Shown here one piece after another: positions 1 through 6,810 of a stretch of 64,000 nucleotides of DNA. How positions within the stretch are numbered: position 1 is the stretch's first letter; each line of letters starts with the position of its first letter. A program made the translations under genes and the position numbers. Source of the stretch: Candidatus Altiarchaeota archaeon (GTDB taxonomy: Archaea; Altiarchaeota; Altiarchaeia; IMC4; SCGC-AAA252-I15); assembly GCA_043800255.1 (NCBI GenBank), contig JAZDNF010000008.1:92622-156621 (forward strand), written 5' to 3'. The notes beneath the pieces were generated by a model that was not told the DNA's origin, made no database searches, and worked only from the letters and a program-made list of their open reading frames with translations.

Positions 1-1512
1 CTTTTTGGCTGCCGTGAATTTTATCGCATTATTGACCATGTTATCAACAGCCTGCATTAGCTTGGACCTGTCTGCGGGAACGTCTATCCTGCTTTTTTCG
101 AGTTGCTGGTCAAATTCCAACTGCACACCCCTAACGGCTGCAAGTTGTCTGTGGCCGGAGACGCTGATGCCTACCACCTCACCCACGTTCACCGACTTTT
201 TTAGGATATCAATCCTCCCCTTTTCTCTAAACCAAGCGTTCAGCTTATAGGCTTCAACTGCATCTTTCATAGTAGTTGCCCGCGCTAGGATGTCAGTTAT
301 CACGTCAATAGCCTCATCGTTGCCAGCAAACATTTCTGCAAGATCCTCTGCGCTTGATATTATTATATTAGTATCGTTTCCAATATTGTGGATTGCCCCG
401 GCTGCCATCTTTTTGACTGTCTCATGCGTGCGGGCGTTTATTATTGCCGATGCTGTCACGTTCGTGAGTGCTCGGAGTCTGTCGATGTTGGCGTGTTTCG
501 CCTTTTCGGGGTCCTTGTAGTAGACTCGCATCGCGACAATGTCCTCGCCCTTCAGTTCTATCGGTATGTTGTAGATTACGCCGTCCTCCATATCAATGTC
601 GCGCATAAGCTCTGGGTCGACTCTGCTTTCCTTCCCTTTTGCAACCTCATCCTTGACGTTTATCACCTCAACGTCCTTTTTTTCCAGCAATTCGCGGATT
701 AGAGGCCTGGTTTCGCCTTTTTTTCTCACCTCTGCGATGTAACGGTCCAGACTCTCCTGTTCTTTCCCGCTGAAGCCTTTCATGTAGATGTCAATATCGT
801 GCAGGGTGTGTACGTTCCTCAATCTTATGTCAACCTTGTCCGCTCCGGATACTTTCAGTGCGGCTTCCATGATGTCCTCTATCGTATCGTCCAGTTTTAA
901 TCTGTTGGCGTGCGCTGTTACCGCGTACAGTAGGTTATCATGGTAGTCTTTGACTTGGGCGCCCCTTATCATGGCACCCCCAAGCTTGCTTAGGAGGTTC
1001 AGCCCGAACAGCTGCTCTCCGGTTATCTCCTTCTTGTCCTCATTGTCCGCCCATATGACTCCGACCAGTTTTTGTTTGTCATCGAATAGTGGAACGGTGG
1101 CGAACTCCTGGAATTCTATGTAACCCCTGGATAATCTTGGATCGCGTCTAGCGTCCTTAAAGTGGTGGGCTTCTGTGTTCCCCGCCAGCGCCTCGCGGGC
1201 CGTATGCGCCATCGCATCACCCTCAGCGTCCAATGGCATGGTGGCTTTCCCAGGGGGAGAGGACAGTCTCTTACCCTTCAGTTCGAATCTGCTTTCCAGG
1301 GTTTTCTCCTCCGGATTGAAAAAGTACAGTCCTGCGCGTTTCAAACCTAAGTCATCCACCACATGTTTCAGGATATCCTTTGATGCCGTGCTTAACGCAG
1401 ATGCGCTTGTATACTCTTTGAACGCGTTTTCAACATCCCACACGCCTGGAAGCCCCTTCTGCTGCGTTGGGGATGTATTATCCTGAGGAGTTTTGAAAGC
1501 CTCATGCACCAT
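1..1512 (-). CDS. Soluble sensor histidine kinase (GAF, GAF-like, HisKA, HATPase_c), 3'-truncated by the window edge
   Basis: Manually translated open frame from ATG at 1512 (MVHEAFKTPQ...) to position 1, absent from the ORF track; GAF-like FATVPLFDDKQKLVGVIWADN, H-box AGAIHNIGNDTNII, N-box DRSKLMQAVDNMVNNAIKFT. Confidence 0.85.
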   Translation of the reverse strand, partial: MVHEAFKTPQDNTSPTQQKGLPGVWDVENAFKEYTSASALSTASKDILKHVVDDLGLKRAGLYFFNPEEKTLESRFELKGKRLSSPPGKATMPLDAEGDAMAHTAREALAGNTEAHHFKDARRDPRLSRGYIEFQEFATVPLFDDKQKLVGVIWADNEDKKEITGEQLFGLNLLSKLGGAMIRGAQVKDYHDNLLYAVTAHANRLKLDDTIEDIMEAALKVSGADKVDIRLRNVHTLHDIDIYMKGFSGKEQESLDRYIAEVRKKGETRPLIRELLEKKDVEVINVKDEVAKGKESRVDPELMRDIDMEDGVIYNIPIELKGEDIVAMRVYYKDPEKAKHANIDRLRALTNVTASAIINARTHETVKKMAAGAIHNIGNDTNIIISSAEDLAEMFAGNDEAIDVITDILARATTMKDAVEAYKLNAWFREKGRIDILKKSVNVGEVVGISVSGHRQLAAVRGVQLEFDQQLEKSRIDVPADRSKLMQAVDNMVNNAIKFTAAKK

Positions 1513-1594
1513 GAGTTACTATAGGACGGCGGAAACTAAAAGGTGTTCAGATGCCAACAGACGGGTTTTATTGTCCAAATCCCCAAGGTAATAC

Positions 1595-2425
1595 ATGAGC
1601 ACTCCGATAAGGTTAAATAGCAATCGTGCCTTCATTGTCGGAGGGTACAGCCACGTTAATCCCGCTGAATTCTCAGACCATATAAACTTTTTCGATTCTG
1701 TGTCGATGCTCTTGCAGTACCGTTACAGGATGAACCCATCCTACGCCCTCAGGGATAATGAGGCTAACCTTCTTAATCTTCCAACGTGGGATGAGCAGCG
1801 CCGGGCAACCTACCAGGGAGACATCAGTTACGTAACACACTCCGGGCTGATAGTGGCCGAGCTGACGCACCCTTCAACAGGGACCGGGCAGGAGCTGCAG
1901 TCTGCGGCAGACAACGGCATCCCAGTAATCGCCCTGATGAGAGGCGAAGAGGGCAAGCGCGTTGACATAACGTATGCCGTGCGAAACAACGACCATGGAG
2001 CTGAAGAAGGCTTCAAGCTTACGCGCGGCGTCGGCGGGATATCGAAGATGGCGGATGGCAATCCTGCAATAATTGCCAGACTACCTTATGGGACCTACTC
2101 TGAGGCGCTGAGGAAACTGGACAAGGTGCTGCAGGAGAAGTTCGGCCTCGTGCCAGAATCTAAGAAATACCTTGAAGCCGCGAGCATCGAAGAAAAGTCT
2201 GGGAACGTTGAAAAGGCTTCGGAACTCAAGAGGAAGGCGCGATTGATAGACAATCTTCTGGAGTTCAAGCCAGAGGAGAACAGACCTAAGAAATACGAAA
2301 AAGAGTTCCCGCACAATGAGCGGCTTCCGTTGGAAGACGTCGAGTGGGAGCTTAAGAAGAATCCATCTCACAAGAGGGAGCCACAGTCCGGGGAAGTGAC
2401 AAAGCACGTTAGAAAGACGACATAA
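1595..2425 (+). CDS. Nucleoside 2-deoxyribosyltransferase / DNPH1(Rcl)-like N-glycosidase domain protein with C-terminal extension
   Basis: Motif GDISYVTHSGLIVAELTHPSTGTGQELQSAADNGIPVIAL resembles the Rcl/NDT core (D..VAE...PS.G.G.E...A....PV). Confidence 0.65.
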   Translation: MSTPIRLNSNRAFIVGGYSHVNPAEFSDHINFFDSVSMLLQYRYRMNPSYALRDNEANLLNLPTWDEQRRATYQGDISYVTHSGLIVAELTHPSTGTGQELQSAADNGIPVIALMRGEEGKRVDITYAVRNNDHGAEEGFKLTRGVGGISKMADGNPAIIARLPYGTYSEALRKLDKVLQEKFGLVPESKKYLEAASIEEKSGNVEKASELKRKARLIDNLLEFKPEENRPKKYEKEFPHNERLPLEDVEWELKKNPSHKREPQSGEVTKHVRKTT

Positions 2426-2430
2426 GCATA

Positions 2431-3024
2431 ATGTTAGATTATAGCACCATCGTCAAGGGCATTGTGCTGTTATCTTGGGGTATTGTCATTCTTGTCTCAG
2501 TCGCCAACCCCCTGACGTTGATGTTCAGGAGATTCTTGCGCAGGATATTCTCAAAGTTGGGCGAAATCCCGTACCTTATCCTGTTAGCTCTGATGTTACT
2601 GTCAACACTGCTGCTTGCCTATTCGCTGAGGGAGAGAATCCTCTCCCATCGCCTGAGTCTGCCGCCTGCAGCAGACTATGCCGGCGTTCTCATCCTGCTG
2701 TCCGGATTTTTCCTGGATTTCTGGGCCACCTCGAGTTTAGGGTGGAAGGCAGTGCTGAATATTCCAACAGCGGTAGGCTCTGAGGGCATGAGGAGACTGA
2801 CAAGAGAAGGCGCCTACGCGTTCTCGAGGAACCCCCTCTACGTCGGAGACGCCCTAATCGTGGCAGGCCTTCTGCTGCTGACAGGTTATGCGAGCCTCAT
2901 TCTCCTGTTAGTAATCTACTTGGCTCATGTGCTCGTCCAAGTCAGGCTTGAGGAGCATGAGCTGACAGAGACTTTCGGAAAAGAATATTATGGGTATATG
3001 AGGACAGTGCCCAGATTCTTGTGA
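2431..3024 (+). CDS. Isoprenylcysteine carboxyl methyltransferase (ICMT/PEMT) family membrane protein
   Basis: Several TM segments; L.REGAYAFSRNPLYVG and EEHELTETFGKEYYGYMRTVPRF motifs. Confidence 0.85.
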   Translation: MLDYSTIVKGIVLLSWGIVILVSVANPLTLMFRRFLRRIFSKLGEIPYLILLALMLLSTLLLAYSLRERILSHRLSLPPAADYAGVLILLSGFFLDFWATSSLGWKAVLNIPTAVGSEGMRRLTREGAYAFSRNPLYVGDALIVAGLLLLTGYASLILLLVIYLAHVLVQVRLEEHELTETFGKEYYGYMRTVPRFL

Positions 3025-3035
3025 AAACAGCTAAA

Positions 3036-3491
3036 CTATTTTCTGCGGGGGACATAGAGCGTCTCAGCCGAGTACATGTCGACTGTGAGGAACCTGTTCA
3101 GGCGCTCCAGCGCGTCGTTGTGTCTTCTTCTCTCCTCAGACGACTTCCACATGTCGTTGGACACTTTCATCATGTGCGAGTAGAGCGTTTTTATGCTGTC
3201 CTTGATCTTTTGGGCGTTGATGCCTGAGAGGCCCGCCCCCCTGCTGCATGAGTAGGCGAATGACTCCCACTCGTCATAGGAGAATGAGGATTTCGGCTCT
3301 AGCGTGTCCTTTATCACCATGTTAGCAACACGCCAATCGTAGCATGCGTTTATTTCGGCTTTGCTCAGGTTGCGTGACCCTCCGAGTGAAACGCACTCGA
3401 ATGAGTCTTGCATGAGATTGTAGTAATTCCTTAGATTGACTGGGTTGATGCCTTTAGAACTTTGGAACTGTTTCATTAAGCTGCCCCGCAT
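3036..3491 (-). CDS. Hypothetical protein
   Basis: 151-aa ORF filling the gap between genes with normal codon usage; no motif recognised (alternative start 3476). Confidence 0.6.
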   Translation of the reverse strand: MRGSLMKQFQSSKGINPVNLRNYYNLMQDSFECVSLGGSRNLSKAEINACYDWRVANMVIKDTLEPKSSFSYDEWESFAYSCSRGAGLSGINAQKIKDSIKTLYSHMMKVSNDMWKSSEERRRHNDALERLNRFLTVDMYSAETLYVPRRK

Positions 3492-3661
3492 ATTATAAGG
3501 GATTGGAAGGTAATAAACGCGTTATATTTGCATTTATTAACCCATCCTGCGTATACTACTCCTCAGTAGATAAAAGAGTATAATTGATTTCGATAGTATT
3601 CGGCTGAAAATTGTCTTTTTTTCTACGTTATTAGCTTAAACAGCAAGAGGTGATATTTGAG

Positions 3662-3802
3662 ATGGCACAAGACCAGTTTGGCAGGGATCTGCACACTACC
3701 GTATGCTCTAAGTGCGGGAATGAAGCTCAGGTTCCATTCAAGCCCACAGAAGGCAAACCAGTTTACTGTCGCGACTGCTTCAGATCGAACAGGCGATTCT
3801 AG
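3662..3802 (+). CDS. CxxC-x17-CxxC zinc-ribbon small protein (46 aa)
   Basis: MAQDQFGRDLHTTVCSKCGNEAQVPFKPTEGKPVYCRDCFRSNRRF; RBS GAGGTGA at ~3647-3653; below the ORF-track length cutoff. Confidence 0.9.
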   Translation: MAQDQFGRDLHTTVCSKCGNEAQVPFKPTEGKPVYCRDCFRSNRRF

Positions 3803-3832
3803 ACTAGGAAATCCCCGAAAAGGATTCCAGAC

Positions 3833-3870
3833 TTCGAGGATTTCTATTCCTCGAACACTATTTTTTTATT
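3833..3870 (+). terminator. Hairpin plus T-tract after the CxxC gene
   Basis: TTCGAGGA-7nt-TCCTCGAA followed by TATTTTTTTATT. Confidence 0.45.
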
Positions 3871-3900
3871 CTATTATGTCTAACATTACTTTCAGATACT

Positions 3901-3996
3901 GTTCTTTCTTGGGGGATGCGGCCGACCTTTGGTCGGGCGCGTGTCGAACCTTTAGGTCGCCACATAGAACAACTTTCTTTCTTACAAGAAAGAAAG
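3901..3996. repeat. Cluster of short palindromes in the tRNA 3' trailer
   Basis: CCGACC-TTT-GGTCGG, CGAACCTTTAGGTCG and CTTTCTTTCTT-AC-AAGAAAGAAAG (3973-3996); the last is the same hairpin found inside the adjacent tRNA intron. Confidence 0.7.
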
Positions 3997-4002
3997 GGGT
4001 CT

Positions 4003-4136
4003 TGGGCCTGCGGCGATTCGAACGCCGGACCACTCGATCTCTCCAACCTTCTTTCTTTTCGCGAACGTTTTCTTTCTTCCTAAGAAAGAAAAGGTTCTAT
4101 GAGTCGAGCGCTCTGACCAGTCTGAGCTACAGGCCC
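4003..4136 (-). tRNA. tRNA with CAU anticodon, most likely tRNA-Ile2 (agmatidine type; elongator Met not excluded), 59-nt intron at 37/38 (4039-4097)
   Basis: GGGCCTG/CAGGCCC-A acceptor, GCTC/GAGC D-stem, CTCGA/TCGAG anticodon stem, CT-CAT-A loop, CGGCG-TTCGAAT-CGCCG T arm; BHB-like junction (bulges TAG and AGA, outer helix AACCTT/AAGGTT). Confidence 0.9.
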
Positions 4137-4287
4137 GTCTTTATTCTTTTTTTATTATTGGGCCATTAAGCGACCGATTGGGAGCGCATATGGCTCAACC
4201 GAGACATCCGTCTCGGTGAGCACGAAGACGAATGTCTTCGTTGCTCCTTTGGCCAGCCTTTAAAAAGGCTGTGAGCTACAGGCCCGT
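4123..4287 (-). repeat. 16-bp direct repeat of the tRNA 5' end (4123-4138 and 4272-4287) enclosing three hairpins
   Basis: TGAGCTACAGGCCCGT present twice; hairpins ACCGAGAC/GTCTCGGT, CGAAGAC/GTCTTCG and CAGCCTTT/AAAGGCTG in between; TATA-like TTTATTAAA (minus strand, ~4310-4318) upstream of the outer copy. Confidence 0.85.
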
Positions 4288-4326
4288 TTTGTGGATATAG
4301 TATTTGGTGTTTAATAAAAAATACGG

Positions 4327-4539
4327 TCAGCCTTCGATTTTGAGGTTGTCTATCCATTGTCTGACGTCGTCTTCGGTGTCGCCTTTGGTGCGTTTCATCA
4401 CCATCTTGTGGAGGTTTGAGAGGAAGTCGAGGTTGTATTCTTCGGCCAGAGGATGGGGGTCAGCGAGGAGGTACTCTGAGAGTTCTTGGTTTATCCGGTG
4501 GTAGAATCTTCTGATTTCTGTGGGGTGGGTTTTGTCCAT
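4327..4539 (-). CDS. Small hypothetical protein
   Basis: 70-aa ORF with ATG start and AT-rich upstream promoter region; LDFLSNLHKMVM weakly resembles a Fic N-terminal helix. Confidence 0.5.
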   Translation of the reverse strand: MDKTHPTEIRRFYHRINQELSEYLLADPHPLAEEYNLDFLSNLHKMVMKRTKGDTEDDVRQWIDNLKIEG

Positions 4540-4583
4540 CTTATATTCTGTTTATCATTTTCTTTTCATTATAATATAATGTC

Positions 4584-5036
4584 ATGGTTGAGGCTCAGAA
4601 GCCGATTCAGAAGGGGAGTGAGATGCCCAAGCCGAAGGAGCTTGGCAGGGTGGATGATCTCATCAGACGCTTGGGCGGGAGCCATTGGGAGGCTGTTAAG
4701 GCTATGAAATCGCTTGATGCCTTGGGTGATGAGGTTGTGCCGCAGCTTCTGGAGGCGGCATCCTCTGATAAGCCCACTGTTAGGGGCAATGCTATCGCAG
4801 TCTTAGGGTTGAAGAAGGATGGGAAGCATTTGAGTTTGTTTGAGGAGGCTCTTGAGGACGAGGGGGACTATGTTGTAAAGCAGGCCGTAGTCGCCGTGGA
4901 GAGGACGGCCGGCTTGGATGAGGCTGACAGGATTATCAGAAAACACTCTAAAGCTAAGACCATCTCAATGATGGACCGCCCTGAGAACGTCTCAAAAGAC
5001 AACCCAGAATATGTCAGGACATTAGGGTCAAAATGA
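4584..5036 (+). CDS. HEAT-repeat (PBS lyase-like) protein
   Basis: VVPQLLEAASSDKPTVRGNAIAVLG and LFEEALEDEGDYVVKQAVVAV repeats. Confidence 0.8.
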   Translation: MVEAQKPIQKGSEMPKPKELGRVDDLIRRLGGSHWEAVKAMKSLDALGDEVVPQLLEAASSDKPTVRGNAIAVLGLKKDGKHLSLFEEALEDEGDYVVKQAVVAVERTAGLDEADRIIRKHSKAKTISMMDRPENVSKDNPEYVRTLGSK

Positions 5037-5152
5037 ACAAGACTGCCATACTCTCGCTTCTCATAATCTAGGTATATTGGACATACAGTACGAGTTCATA
5101 AAATCCTGCCTTTAGGACCGATTTATCCTCTGACAGCATAATATGTAATACT

Positions 5153-5680
5153 GTGAGAACCAAGGCGAAGGGTTTCTGCAGGGTATACGACCGCAAGCCA
5201 GTCGAATGCGAGGAGGCAGAGTGCCCCATTGCGGCGATAGAGCCTAAAGAGCTGGAAAAACCCGGCAGATGCAGGCTGGGATGCATAGAATGCTGCCTTG
5301 GCGTCAACGTGATCTATGACGAATCATCCAACACTTTTGTGCTAGACTCTGAGGGGAAAGGCCCATGCCAGCAGCTTGAGATAGAGAAGGGGCCAGAATG
5401 GCTGCTGGAAAAAGCAGCGTCCAGAGGAGTCTCTGATGTGGACGCATTCGATGTTGTGCTCTCTCGAGAGGAGAGGGCAGAGAGGGAGGCTAAACTCGGA
5501 AGAGCATTGTCCTCGCTAAACGAGAGTGACCGAGAGTTTATAGTGGACGTGTTCGGCCTTGGCGGGAAGAGAGCCAAAAGCTTGGAGGACATGTCAAAAG
5601 AGTCTGCAATCCCGCTTAAAGACCTGGAAAAGAGAAAAGAGAGTGTAGTAGGCGAGATGAGGAAGTTTTTCCCCAAATAG
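5153..5680 (+). CDS. YkgJ-like Cys-cluster domain fused to sigma-70 region 4-like HTH
   Basis: CRVYDRKPVEC, CRLGCIECC and GPCQQL motifs; C-terminal LSSLNESDREFIVDVFGLGGKRAKSLEDMSKESAIPLKDLEKRKESVVGEMRK resembles RpoD region 4. Confidence 0.6.
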   Translation: MRTKAKGFCRVYDRKPVECEEAECPIAAIEPKELEKPGRCRLGCIECCLGVNVIYDESSNTFVLDSEGKGPCQQLEIEKGPEWLLEKAASRGVSDVDAFDVVLSREERAEREAKLGRALSSLNESDREFIVDVFGLGGKRAKSLEDMSKESAIPLKDLEKRKESVVGEMRKFFPK

Positions 5681-5751
5681 GGAGGATAACAAAACCCTTT
5701 AGCCGCGAATGTCACACTGCTCAAGGATAAATTTATGCCTATGCTAATATT

Positions 5752-6810
5752 GTGGAGATGGACGTTTCCGTTATTGTTCCAACACTGAACGAGGAGGGGT
5801 ATATCAGCGTCTGCCTGAAGTCCATAGCATCGCAGAACACTGACTTAGAATATGAGATCATAGTCTGCGACGGCGGGAGCGAGGACAGGACAACAGAGCT
5901 GGCTGGAGAATATGCCAAAGTTGTCGAATCGGATGCGCGGAGCGTCGGACTACAACGCAACCTCGGTGCTGACAACTCAAAAGGGAAGTACCTGCTCTTC
6001 GTTGACGCTGACACCATACTGCCTCCGGATTACATGGACAATGCTGTGAAGAAATTCGATGAAAACCCGGAACTTGTGGGTCTGAGCTCAAGCTTCAGGT
6101 TTTCTGAGCGAAACAGCAGATACGTATTCACGGAGAAGGCGACAAACGCATACCTCATGTTCAGGGACAGGATAGGCACGCCAACACTGCCAGGCTTCAA
6201 CATCCTCTTAACGAGGGAAGCATTGGATGAGGTCGGCGGCTTCAAGGACGTTCCCCTCGAGGACATCGACATGAGCAGGCGCCTTGCTAGGGTGGGGAAG
6301 ACACGCTATTACACGGACTTCTATGTCATAACCTCAGCAAGAAGGCTTGAGGGTCTGGGACTGCTGGGGACGCTGAAGTACTATCTTGAAATGGACCTGG
6401 CGCGCATGAACCCCGACCTGAAAAGGCTGCTGACGTATGACGAATACGTTTCATGCAGGATTGATTCCACAGCCCTGGTGGACGCCTTCGGAGAAGTCAG
6501 CAACCCCGTGACGCCAGCAGGAAGGCTGAACAAACCACTGAGGAATTACGCACTGGACAGGCTGACCGCATTAACGGATAGCATGAGAGATGAACTAGAT
6601 GAGAGCGAAGAGTGGGCTAAAAAAATGAGAAAACGCCTCATGGAGAAGGTCCTGGTCGTCTCAGATTCGATTGCCTACTTGGAGTCCAAGACCATAGACT
6701 CGGACATAATCGACAGCGCTCTGAAGCAGGTTGAGAAAAAACTCAGACGCAACGGGAATACAATGCGGAAAAGTGAGGGCATCCTAGAGGCTGCCCCCAA
6801 ACAGGTTTAA
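5752..6810 (+). CDS. Glycosyltransferase family 2 with C-terminal helical extension
   Basis: VSVIVPTLNEE, DGGSEDRT, LLFVDAD, GGFKDVPLEDIDMSRRL, TSARR. Confidence 0.9.
   Translation: MEMDVSVIVPTLNEEGYISVCLKSIASQNTDLEYEIIVCDGGSEDRTTELAGEYAKVVESDARSVGLQRNLGADNSKGKYLLFVDADTILPPDYMDNAVKKFDENPELVGLSSSFRFSERNSRYVFTEKATNAYLMFRDRIGTPTLPGFNILLTREALDEVGGFKDVPLEDIDMSRRLARVGKTRYYTDFYVITSARRLEGLGLLGTLKYYLEMDLARMNPDLKRLLTYDEYVSCRIDSTALVDAFGEVSNPVTPAGRLNKPLRNYALDRLTALTDSMRDELDESEEWAKKMRKRLMEKVLVVSDSIAYLESKTIDSDIIDSALKQVEKKLRRNGNTMRKSEGILEAAPKQV

Noticed and set aside
5-1486. Short plus-strand ORFs in the track
   Set aside because: Antisense shadows of the minus-strand histidine kinase frame
3657-4169. 170-aa plus-strand ORF
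   Set aside because: Overlaps the real CxxC microprotein in another frame and runs through the tRNA gene
4137-4287. Split or permuted tRNA interpretation of the upstream 5'-end copy
   Set aside because: The downstream gene is already complete and no convincing BHB was found at the copy's junction
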